Source: the human T2T-CHM13v2.0 reference genome, Homo sapiens. From it: DNA of 64,000 bases. Each line of letters starts with the position of its first letter. Position 1 is the stretch's first letter. Shown piece after piece: positions 14,283-31,046 of this stretch. The translations under genes and the position numbers were made by a program. Where the stretch lies: NCBI RefSeq assembly GCF_009914755.1, contig NC_060930.1; one strand, given 5' to 3'. The notes beneath the pieces are model-generated. The model had not been told where the DNA came from. It made no database searches and saw only the letters and a program-made list of their open reading frames with translations.

Positions 14283-15453
14283 GAAAATATGAATTCATTC
14301 TAATATTCTACTAGGATAAGTTGTTTCTGTTTGAACATACGTTAACCAAGGATTCTATCTCATAAGTGCCTGGTGCCTAGTATCAATATTCAATTTAAAT
14401 AAAGAGGCCTTGCTTCAGTTCTTCTAAGTGTAAAAATCTCTAATGTGTAATTGTTAATATACTAATTATGTAAGTTTTTTATATAATAAATGATTGATTT
14501 TTGGCCAGAAGTAGTAATGTGCATTACACATTCTTTTCATTATATTATTATTAATGATGATTCCTAGAACTTATATTCCAGGAAGAACTGTATTTCTCTT
14601 GTAGATGATGAAGTAGGTACATCCACATTTGTAAGATCTTTGGTGCATCCCAGATCAACAAGTCTTGCATCTTGGGTTTGTAAACTAATCGATAAAGCCA
14701 TCCAACCCTCCCAGACACATGGCCACAAAGTGACAAGAATCCAGAGATAAAGGTACCGATTTTTTCTAAAAGGATATTACAAAAAGCAAATGAGCAGGTA
14801 TTACTTCTAGATATAAATAGTTACAATGTCAGAGAAGGTAGTGAATGCACTTTAAAAAAAGAGCAATTTTTTTAGGATAGTGGCACAAAAAGAAAATCTC
14901 ATAAAGCTGCAGAAACTTACAATTTTGGAAGCAATTGACATGTGTAAAATTATTCATGGATCAAAAGTTGCTAAGAGCCTAAACTCTTTTCTAGTTTCTA
15001 GAGAATCAACATATTGAAGACATGACTTAAATTGTAAGGACTTAGCAGATGAATAGAATTGGCAAAGGATTAATTTTCCAAAGTGTCGAATCTCCAGATA
15101 TAAATTACACTGCACTGGCACTTTGTTCACCAAATGCATTGGAGAAAAGATATTATCCTGCTAGGTGTCCTTGCTTTTGCCTCAGAAATGAACATTTAGA
15201 GTAATGTCTAATCCTTTTTATATTGATATTATAGTAAGAAATGGAAAAATGTGCAGGATATATTATCATTAACTCTTATTTGCTTATATCTCTTCTTATT
15301 CAAAACATTTTATTTTCCTATTAAAATAAAAACATTTTTAGAAACTCAGAGAATTGATGGGTCAAGTTAAAATGTTCTTATGACAAGATGGGTGAATCTT
15401 TTTCCTAGTACGCTGCACCTAAGAGGCTCAGTATCAAGAAAGAAAAATCAACA

Positions 15454-15736
15454 AAGAGGATTTGGTTCATGAGTAAAAAATACAATAAGGAGGAATAACA
15501 TCTAGTGTTCAGTAGCACAGTAGGGTGACTAGAGTTAACTTTTTTTTGTATATTTGAAAATAAGTGGAAAGTAGAATGTTTCTAATACAAATAAATGATA
15601 CATGTTTAAGGTAATGTATATCTTGACTACCCTGATTTGATCATTACACATTTGTACGCTTGCAGCTTGTTTTAAAATATCACATGTATCCCATAAATGT
15701 GCACACCTATTATGTATCCATAACAATTAAAAATTT
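15454..15736 (+). mobile_element. 5'-truncated L1MA 3' end with 18-bp TSD
   Basis: L1MA-type 3'UTR (accctgatttgatcattacaca, catgtatcccataaat); perfect TSD aagaaagaaaaatcaaca at 15436-15453 and 15737-15754. Confidence 0.8.
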
Positions 15737-16222
15737 AAGAAAGAAAAATCAACATAGTCATAAATACTCATTAAATTTCTTAGCTCTCATAACTACATGT
15801 ATGTCTGCATGACACAGAAATGAACATCAACACATAGACACAGATGATTGATGGATCCATGGTTAGGATCAGTGTAATCAGTGTAAATTAAGCAAACTGT
15901 ATGATATAACCGCATTTCTCATTACTATATGCAATAATTTGCCTAGTCACAGTTTATACACTGAGTGTCCAAGAGTCACTAGTTTAATTAAGTAATTTTA
16001 TGATCTGATATTCACAAACTTTATAAAAATAAATGAAAGTTGAAAAGAGGGACATTGATGAGATTTGTAAAAGTCATAAGATACAGTTAAGAAAAGGGAA
16101 AGCTAAGAGGAATTTCAAGTAATACTTCTTAATGCAATTGTGATATCCTGGAAGAGTTTCTAAAAGTTGGTAGCAAATGTGCTATTAGAGAGAATAAAGT
16201 TCAATAAGGTGACTCATTCTAC

Positions 16223-16362
16223 TCAGCACCTTCTGGAACTTGAAGATTCAGGTGGACTGGGAAAGCATCATTATATATTTATTCTCTCTAATAGCACATC
16301 TAGAATTCAGCACCTTCTGGATTCAAAGATTCAGGTGGACTGGGAAAGCATCATTATATATT
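16223..16362. repeat. ~57-bp direct duplication with an inverted templated spacer
   Basis: 16223-16279 is repeated at 16307-16362; 16278-16299 is the exact reverse complement of 16177-16198. Confidence 0.9.
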
Positions 16363-16467
16363 AAATGTGTTGTGTTGCTTTATTTTTCTCTATTGGTAGC
16401 TATGGAAGGTTAAAAGCACCTTCAGTCCATTAGGAGTGGGACTCTAATTGAAACAAATTTAAGAAAG

Positions 16468-16593
16468 CCAGGCACGGTTGCATGTGCTTATAGTCCCAGC
16501 TGCTCTGGAGGATAAGGTGGGAGAATCTCTAGCTTAGGGGATTAAGGCCAGCATGGGCAACATAACATCTCTTTAAAAAATAAAATAAAATAA
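16468..16593 (+). mobile_element. FLAM-like Alu monomer
   Basis: Single diverged monomer with an A-rich tail. Confidence 0.75.
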
Positions 16594-18589
16594 GGAGACT
16601 ACTGCTGGGCTCTTGAGATGGTAGATGTCAGGAGTGTTTCCTACAACTAGAGAAGGTGAACTCAAGTTAGCATTGTTCCAAAGCTTGTCAGAACCCTGGA
16701 CTGTGGTCTTTTCTCAAGTTTTAATTGTAATTTTCATATCAATGCATCAAGTACCTCTTAAGGTTCCACCATATTGCAAGTCATTGAATCAAAGTCTGTG
16801 TCTGGAGTGTGCAGTGTAGGAAAGAATATTCTCTTTGCTTTTAAAAACATTTTGGAGGGACTAGTTTAGACATTTGGTACTGATTCAGTGTTTCTAAATA
16901 ACTTCCTTAGAGTATATTAAAGACAGGATGGGAAAGATGTCTAGTATTGTGTAAAGCAGGGTGCTCTCATTGTTTTGAACACATAAGATTGTCTATATCA
17001 CAATCATTGGCACTCCTGTGAACTTTACTAGGGTGATTGAGTTAGGTTACAATAAAAATCATTCTTCATTAACTTATATACTATTTTAACATAAACTGGA
17101 AAGGAAAGGAAATCTGGTTAATTTTCTTAAGTTATAGGCCCCTAAAATGTACATATTTCTTAGTGCTCAGGGAAATACTAGAGCAAAATATTCTTTCATT
17201 TATTTTGATCATCAGACTACTAGGTTATTCACATCTTGTGAAACTTTTAGTTGAAGAATTTTCTAAAATTCTGCTCATGCTTGTATTCAATATATTTATA
17301 ATAACTCCACCAAATATGCCTAATTTGTAGACCCATTTGTTGTAATACTTGTAAATAGTTTTTTTACTTTTCCTGTAACTTTCTTGGCTAATGAAGTTTG
17401 CTGGTTGGATTTGTTCTGATCATCCTTAAATCCTTCCATGCTGACAGTTTTAATTAAAAGAAAAATTTCCAATCATTTCTCTAATGCCAGAGAAATGCTA
17501 AGTATAAATCATTTCTATTCAGAATTTCAATACCATGTCTTCTGCTAAAGCCTCATGAAATAGTTTTGGCATGTGTGGAATATTTCATAGATTGTATAAT
17601 AAATGTGAGCAATACTTTACTTCTTTTAAAAAATGCTATTAGAGGACCTAAACAGATTACAAATGTAGTATTCTTGATGTTTTGCTATTTTAGTCTCATT
17701 ATGGGTTTAATTAGGTCTTCTAATTTTGAAATTTTGTCAAACTTTGTCACACTTTGCCTCAGCTACTGATTTTTTTTTTAAATCTTGTTTGGGGAGTTTT
17801 ATGTCTGTTGGTGACATTTACTCAAAATCATCTTCAGAGAGATGAAACAAATGGTGGATTTTCATTTTAGCAGCATTTTTATCATCTCCCAATAAATTAT
17901 TCTTGATAATTATTAAAGTAAGGATGGCCTCTTGACAGACTTTTGGGTGTTAATTGCCCTGGAAAAATATCTTAGCTTTATTATGTATCCCTCTTCTATC
18001 ATTTAACTTAAAAAAAATTTTCCCTGTACTCTTGCCATTTGTTTTCTTTACTTCAACTTATCTGTCTTTGTCTTAAATCTCCTCAGTTTAACTGAGAATC
18101 TGAATACCCCATGAAAGAATTATGCATTTCTGGACCTGATGAGGAAGTTATGCTGACACTAAGATGACAGAATCATAACACTAAGTACAGAAACAAGAGT
18201 GCAGCCATTCAGGGGAACACATAGTTTAGTTCTCTTTGATCAAAGCCAGACCCTAAAATTAAAAGGCCAACCATTGCCTCTCATTTTCAGACCCCAAGAA
18301 AAAGAGATTCCAAAGTCTGCTGAGTAAACAAGTCTGGGTGTTATGCTTAACCAAGAGGCACAAGTGAACATTTCTCCCTTTAGAATTTATTCTTATTTAT
18401 TTTAATTATATGTATTTAACACAGAATTATAATCAGAATGCTTTGCTTCTTTACTTTCAGCAGTGGTGGATTATCCAGGTGGTTTCTGGGCTATAGGTCC
18501 TATTTAGGCCTATGTGCCCCACTGAGATAGGATGCAAAGATAAAGTTGCGGTCTCTCCTACCAGTCCCTAGAAGGAAGTAATAAGCCTC

Positions 18590-18720
18590 AGTAAACCCAT
18601 TTTACAAATAGGAAAACTATAGTCCAGAGAATTTATGTGACTTGCTGGAAATTATGAAAATAATACATACAAGAGCACATATTTAAATTAGTTTCTAACT
18701 TCAAGCTCACTTCTATTTCC
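18590..18720. mobile_element. MIR fragment
   Basis: cccattttacaaataggaaaact...gtgacttgc resembles the MIR core. Confidence 0.6.
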
Positions 18721-20745
18721 AATAGTAGCCCATTATTTTAGCATGTTCCATTTCGACATTCAAATTTGGAGAAAACGCAAATGCTGGTTTCATACCTAGT
18801 TGTTCTCCAAAGACATAGGGACACATTTTATCAGCTAACAGATTAAGAGAAGTCTAGCTACCTGTGCATTCAGTAACAGAGCATTTCAAGACTTTAAAAA
18901 CATGTAGAGAACCTCTATCATATGTCACTGGTGATGGGGTGATTTTTATTAGTTGTTTGTTTATGCTTCCCGAAGTATGGCAATCTAATTATGCCATTAT
19001 CTTTGCTACAAATGTTTTCATTACTTAGAAAATCATTCTGCTCTTTTTGAATCTCAGGTACTTTTATTTGCTTTTCATGACCTCCAGTAACTGCGAGTGC
19101 TAAAATGTTATTATACATGCTGGGAAAATAAATATGTCCATTCATTTTAAATTTCCTGCCCTTTAATTTCATTGAATTTGTCCCCTCAATCTTTTATTAT
19201 GCATCAGGATATAAGGGCAGAGCAAATTCATTTTTATTCTGCCCTTTGTTATTTTGAAAAACCAATGTCAACTCTTTTTAATTTCCATTATTCTGGATTG
19301 TTAATTCTATACTTTTCACATTTAATTTTACAAGTCTAATTAGTATCATCCAGATCATCAGGCAGAGAAATTAGTAGCCATAAATTAAGCCACAGTTTTA
19401 AAAATGGGTTTAAAAAAATACGTTGAAAGATGACTTGATCTAATATGTTACACTTTCACTGTGGGATTTGTGGAAGAGCCATCTGGCTTGTGGTCCTCCT
19501 GCCCTTGAATTGAAATCTGGGTTAATTGAGGCAAAGCTGAGCTTGCTCTTTTGTGAAATATGTGGAAGGCTACTGCTCTTTTAATTGAGAAAATCATCAA
19601 TACTGTCTTGACATTTGGATATATTCCCATTTTGTTTAAAATGTCAGCTATTTGCTCTCATATTTAGTTGTCTCTTGCCCTATAAGGTTTTTAATTTAAA
19701 TTTCCACCCAAAATGGCATCCATCTCTAATGTTGTAAGAAATGCACTATTTTCATTGCAGTCTTGTTCCAAAATTCAAGAGCCCAACTCAAATGAAGAAA
19801 TTTTAAAGATATGTTTCTTCTTTGAAATATCTTTAAAATAAGAGATAAAAAGCATTTGAATAATGACATTTTGCAACACTCCAAGAGTTCTGAAGGATAA
19901 GGTTTATAATTAGAATGAAGTTTTTTTCTAACCTGAGAGAGCCTACTCCCTTTATCCCCCAATACATATTTCAATGTATCCAATCATTTATTCATTTCCT
20001 TGTCCATCTCTTACAATAGATTGTGAGTTCTTTGAAGGCAAACTGCCTATTATTTGTTTATCAGTAAATCTATAGCCCCTAGCCCAATTTATGGGCTCAA
20101 TAAATGTTTGTTATGAGAATAAATACTTAGCCAGCATGGCAAGAATGTAGCAAAAGTAGATGACCTTTTGATTTAAAATGTTTCATCCATGATATTCAAT
20201 GAATACCTTGAAGTATAATGACTGCCTTATCCATTGTTAGAAGTGTTGAACTTGAAGCTGTGAAGACTTTTTGGGTGCTTGTGGGTTCTCAAGCAGCTAA
20301 TTGCTTCTTTTATAAACCATAATTACTTTAAAACCAAGGATGAGAAATGAGGACATTAAAGGAAGCTTCAGCTAGGAATTACTTTAATCTGTAATTATCC
20401 CGGTGTGTCTCCCTGCCTCTCCTGGACTGTGAGCCACATAAGAGCAGGCAGCGTATAGGATTTCATCTCAAAGGCTGTAGCACCTACCACAGGACCTAAC
20501 ACAAATAAGTGTTTTATAATTCAATATTTCTTGGGCATTTCATGAAGTCAAAAATGGTTGGAATAAGTATTTTCACTGAAATAATCTAACCGTGGCAATC
20601 CTGCCTGCCTTCCTTTTAGCACCTTTGCATCTGTTTTCCCATTGATTACTTTAAAATCCCCATTCCCCCTTTATTCTTTCCCTAAGAAACTCATACAGCT
20701 GCCTTGCTACTTATATAAACTTTTGGATAAATAGCAGTGCTTAAG

Positions 20746-20929
20746 CATCACACACTGGGGCCTGTCATGGGGTGGGGACTAGGGGAAGAATACCATTAGG
20801 AGAAATACCTAATGTAGATGACAGGTTGATGGGTGCAGCAAACCACCATGTCACGTGTATACCAATGTAACAAACCTGCACGTTCTGCACATGTATCCCA
20901 GAACTTAAAGTATAATAAAAATTAAAAAA
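20746..20929 (+). mobile_element. L1PA7-like 3' end fragment
   Basis: ggagaaatacctaatgtagatgacaggttgatggg...cccagaacttaaagtataat followed by an A tail. Confidence 0.88.
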
Positions 20930-21747
20930 GAGTTTTGCTAAGTCATAAATAAAGCATTCTATTTGCAAGGTAAGTGGCTAATGGAAGGAACCTCTTTTAT
21001 ATTCCTAGTATCATAATTTTACATAGTGATACCTTTCTGCAAGCTCCCAGTGCTTTGGCAGCTGTTATTTATGCTTACAACAAACATCCAGTGAAGAGCC
21101 AGGATATACCATGTCATATTGCTTTCATACTATAAAAGAATAACCTGAGCTCTGGATGGCTAAGTGATTCACAGGCTTGCAGTTCATCCCTGGACTTTGG
21201 GGGCCCTCCTTGCAAATTCCTTGGTGCAGCCATTTAGAGGCAATAAAAACATTGGCATGGCTGCTCAGAAAATACTATGCTGAAGTCTTATAAACAAATC
21301 ACTTAATATGGTTATTATCCATATGGACTTAATATTTTAACAACTATTACTTGAAATGGAAATAAGCAGAATATGTAGGAATACCATAAGTACATTTTCC
21401 TTCTAAATTCTGACTTTAATATATATTTCTATAAGTAATTCTGTAATCTTTAGTAAATGAAGTTCTGCAATACTCGAAACATAGCCAGATATCTAATGAT
21501 AAAATAGTTTTGCATATAGAGCCACAAAATAATTCCAACCAAAAGATAAGAACAAAGACATATTGCACTAAAAAACTTTGTAAACCAGATTTAGTAGAAT
21601 ATACCTTTTTGCTTATTAAGATGAAAATGTTTATTTAATAAGAAAATTATAGAGCATTACACTTGAAGGTGATGATTTAAAAAATAACTCTAGCCTTAAT
21701 TAGTAAGTATCAATGACTGGCTAAAAAGATAATAAAATAGATTATAA

Positions 21748-24465
<2,718 letters not shown>

Positions 24466-24469
24466 ACTT

Positions 24470-24745
24470 TACATATATAAATTTAACAATTTAAATACAA
24501 GGGGCCAATTCTTTAAAGGCATAAAGAGCCAATTCATGAAAAATGAAATTAATGATTTGAATAGCCTCATCACTCTTAAATAAATTTAATTTATTATTTA
24601 AAAGCTTCCATAAGGAAATTTTCAGGCTCAGACAATTGCACTGGAGAATTGCACCAAAGGTTCAATGTAGATTTAACACTGATTCTACAAAATTTCTTCC
24701 AGAAAATAGAAGAGGAGAAAACACTTTGCAATTCATATTATATTG
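24470..24745 (+). mobile_element. L1M ORF2 fragment in inverted orientation (probable 5' inversion of the preceding L1M)
   Basis: Sense ORF2 motif ...caggctcagac...actggagaattg...ttccagaaaatagaagaggag. Confidence 0.65.
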
Positions 24746-25322
24746 CTAGTGGGGATGTAAAATGGTTCAAATACTATGGAAAACAGTTTAGCAGTTTCTT
24801 TTAATGACATACTCTGTGACCCAGCAATACCACTTCTAGGTATTTACCCAAGAGATGTTGAAAAAACATGTCCACAGAAAGTCTTATATATGAATGTCAA
24901 AAGCAGACTTACAACTCATAATAACTAAAAAAACAGGAAAAAAATTGTAATACCCATCAACTGATGAATGAGTAAACAGGTTAGATGTATTCATAAAAAA
25001 TAATACAATAAAAGACAATAAGCTACTGGCACATGCAATAATATTGGTCAATATCAGAAACATTATGTGGAGTGATAGAAGCCAGATACTGTATATTTTA
25101 CGGTTCCATCTATATGAAGTTCTAGCAAAGGGAAAACTAAGCTATATTGACATAATCAGAACAGTGGTCTTCTCAGGTTATGGTGATTATTAGGGGTGTT
25201 AGAAATGTTTTATGTCCTAATGTGGGTGCTGATTATATGGGTTTATATAATTGTTAAAACCCAATAGCACCCTTAAAATTTATGCATTTTATCACTTGTA
25301 AATTATACTTCAATGTAAAAAG
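24746..25322 (+). mobile_element. Old L1M (L1MD/ME-like) ORF2 end and 3'UTR
   Basis: gacccagcaataccacttctaggtatttacccaagag...gtaaattatacttcaat. Confidence 0.7.
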
Positions 25323-26160
25323 CAATACTTTTACTAGCATATGTCTCAATGTTTTTATTTTATTTTGATGATTAATATGTGGAATTGAATTCTCTTTTAA
25401 GAAAGTTTTATTGAATTAGAGTTTATATATTTTTGGTTACAGTCTTTGATTTTATTCTTTGGTGACTCCTGTTTCTGTGTGTGTGTATGTATATGATATT
25501 TTTTCAAATTTTTTTACTTCTTTTGTTATTTTTATTTTATCCTTTATACCTTTCTATTTTTGTTTGTTTATATAAATTTTAATTCCTTCTGAAGGATTTT
25601 TTTTTTCGTCTAACCATCAAATTTCTGAGCTTTTCTGTTCTTTCAAAGCTCTTTTTTTTTTCATTTATTTTAGCTCATTTTAAAGTATTAGAATGCACTT
25701 TTTACTTTTGTGGCCACTTTTTTATGGTGATTTTACTTTCATCTTTATCTTTCTAGTTTTTAAAAAAATATAATTTTCAGGACTTTTAGTAAGAGATTCC
25801 TGTGGTGAATGCAGAGATGAACCAAAATGTCTTTCACAGCTTCCTCACTCCAGGGTTGCCTCCCCTCCTGTTACCATGAACACCTCAAATTATAGCCTTT
25901 CTGTGTAGCCATGTCTCTGCCTCTCAGAGCTAAGCCCAATTCAAAAGGTTATCTCCTCAATTCTATTTTTCAAGACAATGCTTCATCTTTAGATTTGCAG
26001 TTACAGGACTTTGCCAGATCTGCTCTCTGGATGCATTTCCTCTACTATTTACTCACCCTTACCTCCAGGGTTCTAGCTCTGCTCATTTTTGTTTTACTTC
26101 TAGCAGTGTTCCTTCAGGGTACTGCTCTATACTTCTAGATAGTTCTGAGATCCTGGAGAT

Positions 26161-26262
26161 AGACTTGCCAGATAAAATATAGATGCCTGGTATAATTAGA
26201 TTTTCTGGTAAACAATAATTGTTTAATGTAAATATGTCACATACAATATTTTTGTTTCTTAA
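26161..26262 (+). mobile_element. MER53-like DNA transposon remnant
   Basis: ttgccagataaaatatagatgcc resembles the MER53 terminus. Confidence 0.45.
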
Positions 26263-27944
26263 CTTGAGTAATTCTACCAGGAGGGCATAGGTAACCATAG
26301 CAGTGTTCATCTTTCCCCATTCTTCCCTCTCCCAGCTCCCCTTAGTGACCTTAGCCACTTAGTTTTTGTACCCATATATGATTTTCCTATGTTTTTGACC
26401 TTTCCAAGAAACTGAGATCCAGCGTTCTGATCAATGTGAGATTCTTGCCAATAGGAGTGAGTTTTATTTACAATTGAGCAGTTCTGTTGCTCATGAGGTT
26501 CCTCAGACTATTTTTTTTTTTCATTTTCTGTCACTTTCATTGCTTGGCTGTATTAGTGGTTTGGCCACACCCACCCATATTCTGAGTTTTTTATAGAACA
26601 TTCCTAGTCAACAAATTTTTCTGGAAACATATTTTTCTTTTCTTGCCATAGTTGACATGTGTAGTTTCTAAAGGAATTTTGGAGGGATTAAAAACTACAT
26701 AGCTACATCTCAAGTGTGAGCCAGAAGTAGTAGGAGCCATAGCTTTTAAAATTATATCTTCTATTTTTTCTTTGTGTATAGGAACAAAACTGATTTGATA
26801 TATGTATCATCTTTCATTGTTGAACTCTTAATTAGCTCTAATCATTTGTCTGCCAATTCTCATGTAAATAATCATATAATCTATAAATAATAAAAGTATA
26901 ATTTCTTTCTTCCCAACTTTTTAATTTGCTTTTCATATTTTCTTTTGCTACCTAAGGCATCTAATAGAATAGTGAAGAGAAGAGGTGATAGCAAACATTT
27001 TAGTCTTGTGTCTATTTACTCAATTTTATAATGGGGATAATAATAGTATCTACTAAACAGAGTTGTTAGAGAATTGAAAGAGGCAATCATAAAATTATGT
27101 AAGCAGCATTTAGTACACATTGAACTAGTAATAAATGATAGCCATTATTTTTTTAAATGTCAATAAAATTATTTTGTGTTATACTTATAGAGGTATAAAG
27201 TGGTTGAAATAAATTAAAGACCTTGGGAAATAGCAATTAGAATATGTATGTGGATGCACTCACAAATAAGCATATTACTCTGGGCCACATTACATTAAGA
27301 AGAAAATATGATCGGAATTAAGAGTAGATATGTAGTAATTTCTTGAATGAATCATGGTTTTCCATATTCTCTTTAAAAATAAAGAGGCTAGTCACATTCA
27401 AATTTCAAGTATTTAGATAAACATTCAGAATAAGTACTTTGTAAAACATTGGATTATCATCGCTTCCTTTACAGTGGTGGAAACTTTATAGTTGTAAGTG
27501 TACACAGGGAATTAAAGAACAGGAAAGGAACAAAACAATCTAAATGGAAAGAAAGATCCAGCTGCAGAAGCCAGAAGTGAAAGCATGGATATATTATTTA
27601 GTAACAGCCTGGATGTACTATACTGCAGGTACCAGCTTTATAGAGATCATCGTACAGATATTATTAATATATTACTGGACATTTGGAATATAAACCTTTA
27701 AAACCTGTGTGATGTTTAAATATCTGTGATGTATTTGTTTATTTTACAAATAGAGTATTTTCTATATTGATCCTGGCTTATAAATTTTCACATATAATTT
27801 AGCCCTGTTCTTGCTTATTTCTTATTCTACTACTACAGTTTATGCTTATGGTGATTCATCAAAGTGTTCTGTGGAATCTCATTTTGTGTTGGAGAAATTC
27901 AGGGGTCTTTCTCTTTGCTATAATCTGTAGTGATTTCCACACAT

Positions 27945-30515
27945 GTATCAGCTACCCTGGGATACAGACTCTGAGATGGAGATTTACATGCAGCAAGCTT
28001 ACTGAGCTGTGCTCTCAAGAACAAAATCAGGATTGAGCAGACAAAATATTGTAAAAGCAAAGCAGTTGCAACACAAGCACTATTTGGTGTTATAGGGCTC
28101 TCTAAAGCCATGGGGGCCTTTCATATATGCCCAAAACTGAGCATATACATCCAAAATTACAGGAATGGTAAGCAGGCGTTTGTACTCCCCGTGGAGCTGT
28201 CATTGGATGTAGGCTACCTAAAGGAAGGGGACATGCCATTGAATGAAGAAACTTCCTTTGGCCAGGTATTTAAAAATAAGCCATACTGGAAGAATAAGAG
28301 CTTAATCCTAAAGGGGAGATGTGACTGGCACACCACAGGATTCTCTTTTGTCCATAATTTACACTCCGTGGACCCACTTGCTTCAGATAATAATGTCATC
28401 CCTTCTGGAAACAACCCCTCCACATTAGTGGTTGGTTTCTTTTCCAAGGTGAATATACAAGATTAGAGAGTAAAACCACAGCCCCACTGCTGCAGATGGT
28501 TGTGAGAAAACTGACACATATTGTCTCTGTCCTCTACTATCCTTCCAATCTTTATTCTCCAAACACTCATCTAGCACCTCTACCAGTCTGGCCAGCTTAC
28601 CTAGTGGGATGATCCAGACCCTCAATCCCAAGGGGTCTATGCCACTGTTCAGCATGCCTGTCAAGTTGTGGCAACTGCTCTGATGCACTGCCATCAAAAC
28701 TTGGTAAAGAATTAGCAAGCGATGCCTCATTATCTCATCTGGGTGCCAAACATATTCTTTTCTGGACCCAATGATGATCAGGATCTATTACTTCTGCCAG
28801 GAGAGTGACTTCTTTTCTTTGTTCCTGATCTCTTAGATCAAAGAATTTAAAGTAACTGGGTGGCAGCTATGGTTTAAATGTAATGGAATTCTGGCTTTAT
28901 TCCCTAATGGAAGCACTTTTCTCAGCAATGTAGGACCCCCAGATCCACAGAGCCTAATTTGTGGAAATGAGAAACACAAATTCCCCCAAGATTGTCGCTG
29001 GGAGTGATGAGCAGAACTACTCCTGGGTCCACTGCTCCACCCCTGGATCCACACATTCTACCTATTGGAGACATAGCACCATGTAACCATCATTCATATA
29101 AGACAATTACTGCATCACAGAGAAGACACCTACACTTGCACAGTATCATCTCCAAGTTAGCACCTCATCTGCATCTTCAAAAGCCAGATTGGTCTGTCAG
29201 ACTGGCAGCATCTAGGTGCTATGTGACCAATGGGTATCTGCTGACTTCCCTCCTTTCTTTACTATAAAGTATGTCTCTAGTAGCAATACAGTATTTTCTA
29301 AGATCGTATGTTGTTGGAACAAACATTCTATATGGCCTCAGTGACTGGTTCTTCTAAAGCTTATAAGCAGAAAAGGTAATCCATACTCAGAATATTTCCA
29401 ATTTTGCCCAGATGAATCTTTCCGACTTCAAGGATGCAAGGGATCCAATGTAATCATCTGTTACTGACTGGCTGTTGGTCTTATCAAGAAGTAGCACCAT
29501 TTTGGGGATTGAGCATTGCTCTGTTGCTGGCAGATTAGTTATTCAGCTGTGGCTAAATGTGCCATCCCAATTCACCATCAGTGTGCATATTAAGAGTTTC
29601 AGTGTTACTGAATGCCAAGAACTATTATCACACCATCTATTTCAAGTGGTGAGGTCCTCATTGCCAGCTATCATGAAGTGATCTAGTGTCTCTTTTCCTG
29701 GACAACTTCTGATTTTAATGGTTGTTTGTTCAGTACCTCGGTAATAGACTCTGAGATGGAGATTTGCATACAAGCAATTTATTAGAGTGTGTTTCCAGGA
29801 ACAATTGTAATGGAATGAGAGAAGCATGACTGGTCAGAAGGAAAAGATTTGCTGCAATTCAGTAGCAATAGAAGCTGATCCCATGTAGAGCACTGAAGCT
29901 GGGCTAGTCTTTCATGAATGTCCAGAATTGAGACAAGGACCTGGTAGCCTTGTACCTCCACATCAACCAGTCATGACATGAAGGCTGCACCTGAAGGAGT
30001 GCATAACCATGAGACACCTTACTTTGGCTAAGGGTAATTCCTGAGCAAGAACTTGACTGTGAGCTGTCAACAAATAATATTTCCAGCAGCTGGAGGAATA
30101 ATTAGCATCTCAGTCCTAAAGGAACACATGGGATGTTCCCTTACAGTAGAGGTCCCCAACCCCGGGGCTATGGACTGGTACTGGTCTGTGGCTTGTTAGA
30201 AATTGGGCCACACAGCAACAGGTGAACGGCAGGCAAGAGAACATTACTGCCTGAGTTCCTGAGCTCTGCCTCCTGTCAGATCAGCAGTAGCATTAGATTC
30301 TCACAGGAGCGCCAACCCTATTGTGAATTGTGCATGCAAGAGATCTAGGTTGTGTGCTCCTTATGAGAATCTAAGTAATGGCTGATGATCTGAGGCGGAA
30401 CAGTTTCATCCCGAAACCATCCCCACACCCATCTGTCCATGGAAAAATTATCTTCCACGAAATTGGTCCCTGGTGCCAAAAAGGTTGGGACCGCTGCCCT
30501 ACAGCATCTACTACA
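27945..30515 (-). mobile_element. Internally deleted ERVL provirus: LTR16-like LTRs (~27945-28345 and ~29725-30515) around ~1.4 kb of internal sequence
   Basis: Both LTRs carry agactctgagatggagattt in the same orientation; the right LTR starts tgtagtagatgctgtagg on the minus strand; the internal part resembles ERVL (cctagtgggatgatccagaccctc). Confidence 0.7.
30147..30496 (+). mobile_element. MER1B (hAT-Charlie) nested in the LTR16
   Basis: Terminal inverted repeats tagaggtccccaacc / ggttgggaccgctg; 8-bp TSD ccttacag / ccctacag. Confidence 0.88.
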
Positions 30516-30667
30516 ATCTGAGTTCTAGAATGCTTTAATTGAATTATGCTTCTTTCAAGTACATATTTGGCACCCCAAAGTTTTATAGGAAAGATAAGTT
30601 TGTACTGAAATAAACTGATGATACTTTTTTTCAATTTAGAGTTAGGATCTACTGTAAAACAAAAATC

Positions 30668-31046
<379 letters not shown>

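Noticed and set aside
16223-16362. Repeat-spacer-repeat resembling a CRISPR unit
   Set aside because: Only two copies, in eukaryotic DNA with no cas genes, and the spacer is copied from adjacent sequence.
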